Below the pieces are notes generated by a model. It was not told the origin of the DNA. It saw only the letters and a list, made by a program, of their open reading frames with translations, and made no database searches. Made by a program: the position numbers and the translations under genes. 64,000 nucleotides of DNA from Escherichia phage T5: the sequence record NC_005859.1; one strand, 5' to 3'. Positions 60,276 to 64,000 of this stretch are shown here, piece after piece. The stretch's first letter is position 1; each line of letters opens with the position of its first letter.

Positions 60276-61286
60276 ATGCGGCTATATAAACCAGATAACG
60301 CAACCGTCTTAAAGGGCGCCTTGCGCAACCTGCTGGATGGTAGCAGGACAACCAGCATTAAACATTTTATTAACAAGGCTGAAACTATTCACCAAAACTT
60401 TTTTAATGATTATGATGCCTATGATATGGATAGTTTTCTACCCCTATATAAGCAGGGGGCAACGATTATCTTATATAATCGTGATTGCCATATCTTTACG
60501 GGCAGGGGAGCGGGGCCGGATACTGATTTTATTGTTGCGCAGGGTAATAATATCGTTGCGTATCATAGCAATTCAGGCCGTCAATCATTTAATATAAATA
60601 ATTTTGAGCTTGTTGGGCTTGAATTAATAAACGGACTTTCTAGCCTTGAGGGATTTTTAGATGTTATCTGGAAGTATTTATCTGCTGGATGGCATAGACC
60701 TGATAGTGATGGATCTCAATATACGGCTGTAATGGCTTTTGATGGCGACGGTAATTTTTTATTACCATCGGAATTATATCCGTATGTATATAATGAGCTA
60801 GTACAAGAAGCGGGTTTTATTTTCTGGAAAGATGAGAATCAGATCATTGACAACACGGAAAAACATGCTGTAAATTCTAACACTCAAAGCGTTAACACTC
60901 AAATCACTGAAAACAAAGGAAAAAATGCCATGACCAAGATCGCTAATATCGTTGCCGCTAATAAATCCGCCGTTGTAAATGCTGCAAAACTGGAAGCGGG
61001 CAAAATTGCATTAACTCAAATCACGAAAGTAGCGGCTAAAAAAGCACCATTTATGATTAAAGGTTATATTGATACGCCTATTGGTCGGGTAGTTATTGCT
61101 AACCTGCTGAGCGTAGCGGTTGACCAGTACGCCCCTAGCAACCAAAAGGCGAAAGCGGTAGCGGGTGCAGCTATGGAAGCGGCTATGCTAGAAATGGTGC
61201 AAAGTTTTAACATCGCTGAAATGATTGATGAAATGGTGAAAGGTATTGATATTTCTACTTTTACCGTTAACACCGAAAGCGAGTAA
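60276..61286 (+). CDS. hypothetical protein (336 aa), first gene of inverted-repeat-bounded cassette
   Basis: RBS gagggagg; mixed alpha/beta N-terminal domain, Ala-rich helical C-terminus. Confidence 0.65.
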   Translation: MRLYKPDNATVLKGALRNLLDGSRTTSIKHFINKAETIHQNFFNDYDAYDMDSFLPLYKQGATIILYNRDCHIFTGRGAGPDTDFIVAQGNNIVAYHSNSGRQSFNINNFELVGLELINGLSSLEGFLDVIWKYLSAGWHRPDSDGSQYTAVMAFDGDGNFLLPSELYPYVYNELVQEAGFIFWKDENQIIDNTEKHAVNSNTQSVNTQITENKGKNAMTKIANIVAANKSAVVNAAKLEAGKIALTQITKVAAKKAPFMIKGYIDTPIGRVVIANLLSVAVDQYAPSNQKAKAVAGAAMEAAMLEMVQSFNIAEMIDEMVKGIDISTFTVNTESE

Positions 61287-61314
61287 TAATTAACCTAATG
61301 TAAAGTTTTGTAAA

Positions 61315-61340
61315 GGTCGCCATAATCGGCGGCCTTTTTT
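61315..61340 (+). terminator. possible terminator/attenuator
   Basis: short GC stem (tcgcc/ggcgg) followed by CCTTTTTTG. Confidence 0.35.
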
Positions 61341-61404
61341 GTTATAATGCCTTTACACCGTTTGAGGACGGTTGAAAATTTTCCCAAAATTTTGGAGGCT
61401 TAAA

Positions 61405-61635
61405 ATGGTTGCTTATTCTTCTTCTGACGCTCTTTTCACTGGAAAAGGCTGGGTATCAAATCGCTGGATCATTCAAGAAATGGTGCAGGAGTTCGGCATT
61501 GCTAAAACTTACACTACCATTCAGGCGCTTTATGATAATGATCAAATCGATCAGCAAACGGCGGGCTTTTTGCTGGATACCCTGAAAGCGGAACACTGTA
61601 CTAAAAAACAAGCCGCCAAAATTGTTTTAATGTAA
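61405..61635 (+). CDS. hypothetical protein
   Basis: 76 aa from ATG with RBS ggagg 6 nt upstream (track start 61372 is TTG). Confidence 0.55.
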   Translation: MVAYSSSDALFTGKGWVSNRWIIQEMVQEFGIAKTYTTIQALYDNDQIDQQTAGFLLDTLKAEHCTKKQAAKIVLM

Positions 61636-61684
61636 TTAATAACGGGGCGTTACTTTCGCCCCACTAACTAGGGGAGTATTACAA

Positions 61685-61849
61685 ATGGTTATTTTTCGAG
61701 CTATTCTGGCAGGTATCTTGGGCGCTATTCTGACCCTTTTTGCTACCGCTTACGGTATTCAAGATTCTTATTGTGGTTTAGTAAATACTAAACCTATGGT
61801 TATTATTGGCGCGGGTATCGCTGTATTTTCTTATCTGCTGGGCTGCATG
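61685..61849 (+). CDS. small membrane protein (54 aa)
   Basis: hand-translated MVIFRAILAGILGAILTLFATAYG...; RBS gggag; not in ORF track. Confidence 0.35.
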
Positions 61850-61866
61850 AATAAAGGAGAATAAAA

Positions 61867-62079
61867 ATGATCCGCAACGTTTCTCTTGCTCGTTCAAAGG
61901 GTTTTAAGCTGGTGGATGTTAACACATTCGAGCGGGAAGATTGTAAAATCGAATATGTAGCACGTAATAAAAACGCCTTTCGTGTTACAGAAAAGAAATT
62001 TGATAAGCGCGGCAACGTGATAGCTGAAACGGTTAAACATTTTGCCACCTTTTACGCGGCTTTTCGTGGAGTGTTATAA
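61867..62079 (+). CDS. hypothetical protein
   Basis: 70-aa ORF, RBS aaaggaga. Confidence 0.55.
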   Translation: MIRNVSLARSKGFKLVDVNTFEREDCKIEYVARNKNAFRVTEKKFDKRGNVIAETVKHFATFYAAFRGVL

Positions 62080-62080
62080 A

Positions 62081-62425
62081 ATGGTAATTTATGAAGGCAA
62101 TCGCTTTGTTGCTATTTGCCGACCGGGATTATTAGCAAACTACTTAAATCAGGTGTCACCTGAATATAAAGGCGTCATTAATATTTATGAGGGCAAGGCG
62201 CATTATAAGATTAATGCGGTCGTTGCCCGTGAATTAGCATTTCAATTTTTGACTTTCGCATCTTGTGATATTCAGGTCATGGGTGAAGCGTTAATTGCAG
62301 AAAATGAAGATGATTTTATTAATATCTTCCGCAAGGTATACACCGAGCGCCTGATAATGAAAGGCGCATATATTCAGTCAACTGCGGAAAGTATTGAAAC
62401 AGCTTTCAGAAAGGTGGCGCAATGA
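62081..62425 (+). CDS. hypothetical protein
   Basis: 114 aa from ATG 62081 (RBS ggag), 1 nt after upstream stop. Confidence 0.55.
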   Translation: MVIYEGNRFVAICRPGLLANYLNQVSPEYKGVINIYEGKAHYKINAVVARELAFQFLTFASCDIQVMGEALIAENEDDFINIFRKVYTERLIMKGAYIQSTAESIETAFRKVAQ

Positions 62426-62440
62426 AGCTATATATTTTCG

Positions 62441-62719
62441 TTGGTAATGTTGAGGCTGCGAATGATTCCGCTGGTGGCGATAACGTTCGCCACTATTGGC
62501 AAAAATATATTTACTAGGGTTATTATGATTACACTGATTTGCGTTAAAGCCGAAGGCGACACGATAGCGCGAGAAGGGCAAAAATATAAAGCCCAAAAAG
62601 ATCAATTACTCAAAACAATTGAGCGTTACAAAATACCCGATCTCAAGTATTCCGTAGTAGGACGCGATGGGATTCTAAGGGCGACACTTGAGAACGCTAT
62701 CTTTGAGATAGTCAACTAA
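62441..62719 (+). CDS. hypothetical protein (start uncertain)
   Basis: track ORF begins with TTG; internal ATG at 62525 would give 64 aa. Confidence 0.35.
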   Translation: MVMLRLRMIPLVAITFATIGKNIFTRVIMITLICVKAEGDTIAREGQKYKAQKDQLLKTIERYKIPDLKYSVVGRDGILRATLENAIFEIVN

Positions 62720-62734
62720 TAACGGGGCGTTATT

Positions 62735-62938
62735 ATGAGCAATAAAATTATTGTGACCAAAACTACCACAATGGTAGACGTTTTTTATGTGCCCGATACG
62801 CCGGAGAATCGGGGAGCGGTCGAGCGGGGCGAGTATGATAGCGTTATTTATGATGCCGATGGTTATTATCAGCATTTGGTCGATTCCTACGGGGAAGAGG
62901 AGAAGATCACGCATCGATTACCCGAGGGGGATTTATGA
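62735..62938 (+). CDS. hypothetical acidic small protein
   Basis: 67-aa ORF. Confidence 0.5.
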   Translation: MSNKIIVTKTTTMVDVFYVPDTPENRGAVERGEYDSVIYDADGYYQHLVDSYGEEEKITHRLPEGDL

Positions 62939-63048
62939 AACGATGGTTTAATCACTGGTATAAACGGTTTTTAGTACGGCATCGCAAGTCTAGACAGCAA
63001 GATGATTGGCGGGAAATGGCAAAGCGTAACAATTGCCCACTTCTCTGA
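62935..63048 (+). CDS. small basic protein (37 aa)
   Basis: hand-translated MKRWFNHWYKRFLVRHRKSRQQDDWREMAKRNNCPLL; ATGA overlap with upstream stop; followed by terminator. Confidence 0.35.
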   Translation: MKRWFNHWYKRFLVRHRKSRQQDDWREMAKRNNCPLL

Positions 63049-63055
63049 TAACCGA

Positions 63056-63077
63056 CGGGGATCAGCTCCCCGTTTTT
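63056..63077 (+). terminator. rho-independent terminator closing the plus-strand cassette
   Basis: cgggga-tcagc-tccccg hairpin followed by TTTTT. Confidence 0.7.
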
Positions 63078-63191
63078 CACGCCTCCAGTTAAATCCCCCT
63101 TTGTTTTAGTATCCCCATCAAAATTAAACGCGTTAGAATGCGATCTAGGACGTTTTAGGCATATATTAGAATTATTCACTGCGTAGGAATA

Positions 63192-63320
63192 CTGTATAAA
63201 TATACAGTAGGATAACCTGGGGATAAGTCTGTTGATAACGCTTCAAAATGGCTAGGATTTTGTCAAGGCGAATCGTGCTGTTGATAAGTCTGTGGATAAC
63301 TTAAATAACAGTGTTTCTCA
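63192..63320. repeat. right arm of inverted repeat, with DnaA-box cluster and 16-bp palindrome
   Basis: palindrome ctgtataaatatacag 63192-63207; DnaA-box-like 9-mers (rc TTATCCACA at 63291-63299; variants at 63209-63239 and 63279-63287); tail cttaaataacagtgtttctcac mirrors the left arm. Confidence 0.65.
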
Positions 63321-63323
63321 CTT

Positions 63324-63480
63324 CCGTTTTTAAATACGAATCATTATCATTCGTATTCCGCTTTTTAAATGAGAATCATTCCGCTTTTTAAATGAGAATC
63401 ATTTCACTTCCTGAATAGTTCTCATTCCCTTTCTTAAATGAGAATCATTATCATTTGCATTTCACTTTTTAAATGAGATT
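63324..63480. repeat. array of ~22-bp direct repeats (CCGCTTTTTAAATGAGAATCATT)
   Basis: two perfect tandem copies 63358-63403 plus three degenerate copies; each holds the small dyad AATGA-n3-TCATT. Confidence 0.75.
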
Positions 63481-63509
63481 GATTCTCATTATCATTCGCA
63501 TTCAGGCGA

Positions 63510-63527
63510 GCAGGGCAATTGCCCTGC
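63510..63527. other. perfect 18-bp palindrome
   Basis: gcagggcaattgccctgc followed by gcttttg. Confidence 0.7.
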
Positions 63528-63533
63528 GCTTTT

Positions 63534-63756
63534 GTGCAAATCCGACATTTGCCCCCATGGATTACGCGTGGGCGTGTATGTGCAAATCCGACAATTTTTG
63601 GTAGTGTGCGAATCCGACCCGAAAAATTTTTATAGTGTGCAAATCCGACAATGAATTTTCCCAAAAACTCCAGCAATCACGAACTGCGTTCGAATCCTGT
63701 GGAATTAGCTAGAGTATGTGCAAATCCGACATGTGTTGAGATGTGCGAATCCGACA
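63534..63756. repeat. iteron-like array: six copies of 14-bp GTGC(A/G)AATCCGAC(A/C)
   Basis: copies at 63534, 63580, 63606, 63646, 63718, 63743 with irregular 25-72 bp spacing, all same orientation, non-coding. Confidence 0.8.
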
Positions 63757-63892
63757 AGATTTTTGTGACTTCGATGGGAGGGTGTGTGATTGTATGGGTT
63801 TGAGGGGAAGATGAGAGAGCGAGAGAAATTTGGGAGGCTAGAAGGATATGGGCGCAGGATTGGTGCGGAGCACCTGATTTGCGGGGATTTTG

Positions 63893-63936
63893 GGGAAGAG
63901 TTGAGATAATTTGGGAAGATTTGAGATAGGTGCAGA
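63893..63936. repeat. purine-rich tandem repeat (TTTGGGGAAGAGTTGAGATA-like, 2 copies)
   Basis: within a strongly G+A-skewed plus-strand tract 63770-63940. Confidence 0.5.
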
Positions 63937-64000
63937 AAAAGTAAAATTTTATTAGCTAAAGGGGGCAAAATAGCTTGACAAGTGAAAATTTCTGTGGCTC

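Noticed and set aside
63680-63700. tRNA-like T-loop motif GTTCGAATCC
   Set aside because: No flanking acceptor, D or anticodon stems could be built by eye; it overlaps a degenerate iteron copy. T5 tRNA genes lie in a different genome region. A tRNAscan run could overturn this.
63534-63756. Possible CRISPR array
   Set aside because: Repeats are only 14 bp with irregular 25-72 bp spacing, and no cas genes are present; an iteron or binding-site array fits better.
1-64000. Integrase, transposase, excisionase or att sites indicating a prophage or mobile island
   Set aside because: No tyrosine/serine recombinase-like ORF or tRNA-adjacent att repeat was found; content fits a virulent T5-like phage with only homing-endonuclease-type mobile genes.

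Overview
This window reads as the right-hand ~64 kb of a T5-like (Tequintavirus) siphophage genome. The call rests on an exact match of 5301-5371 to the T5 PN25 early promoter as I recall it, and on ORF lengths and order matching T5 proteins (DNA polymerase 855 aa, flap endonuclease 291 aa, L-shaped tail fibre 1396 aa, tape measure 1219 aa, pb3 949 aa, pb4 688 aa, pb5 640 aa, Llp 77 aa, A1 556 aa). No database search was run, so all product names are from motifs and memory. Layout: 1-23.9 kb is a plus-strand early/replication module with sigma70-type early promoters, a split NAD-ligase, DnaB-like helicase, primase, PolA, SF2 helicase, SbcCD-like nuclease, FEN and dUTPase, interrupted by HNH-AP2 homing endonuclease genes. 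24.1-52.6 kb is a minus-strand late block (tail fibre, baseplate, tape measure, tail tube, head, portal, terminase, receptor-binding protein) with further endonuclease insertions. 52.6-53.7 kb carries llp and four overlapping small membrane-protein genes. 53.9-64.0 kb looks like the pre-early terminal-repeat region: dmp, A1 and A2 on the minus strand, then a repeat-rich section with DnaA boxes, an inverted-repeat-bounded cassette of small unknown genes, and iteron-like arrays near the window end. The most interesting candidates are that repeat/DnaA/iteron architecture with its enclosed cassette, an apparent frameshift splitting the collar gene, and the small membrane-protein operon next to llp.
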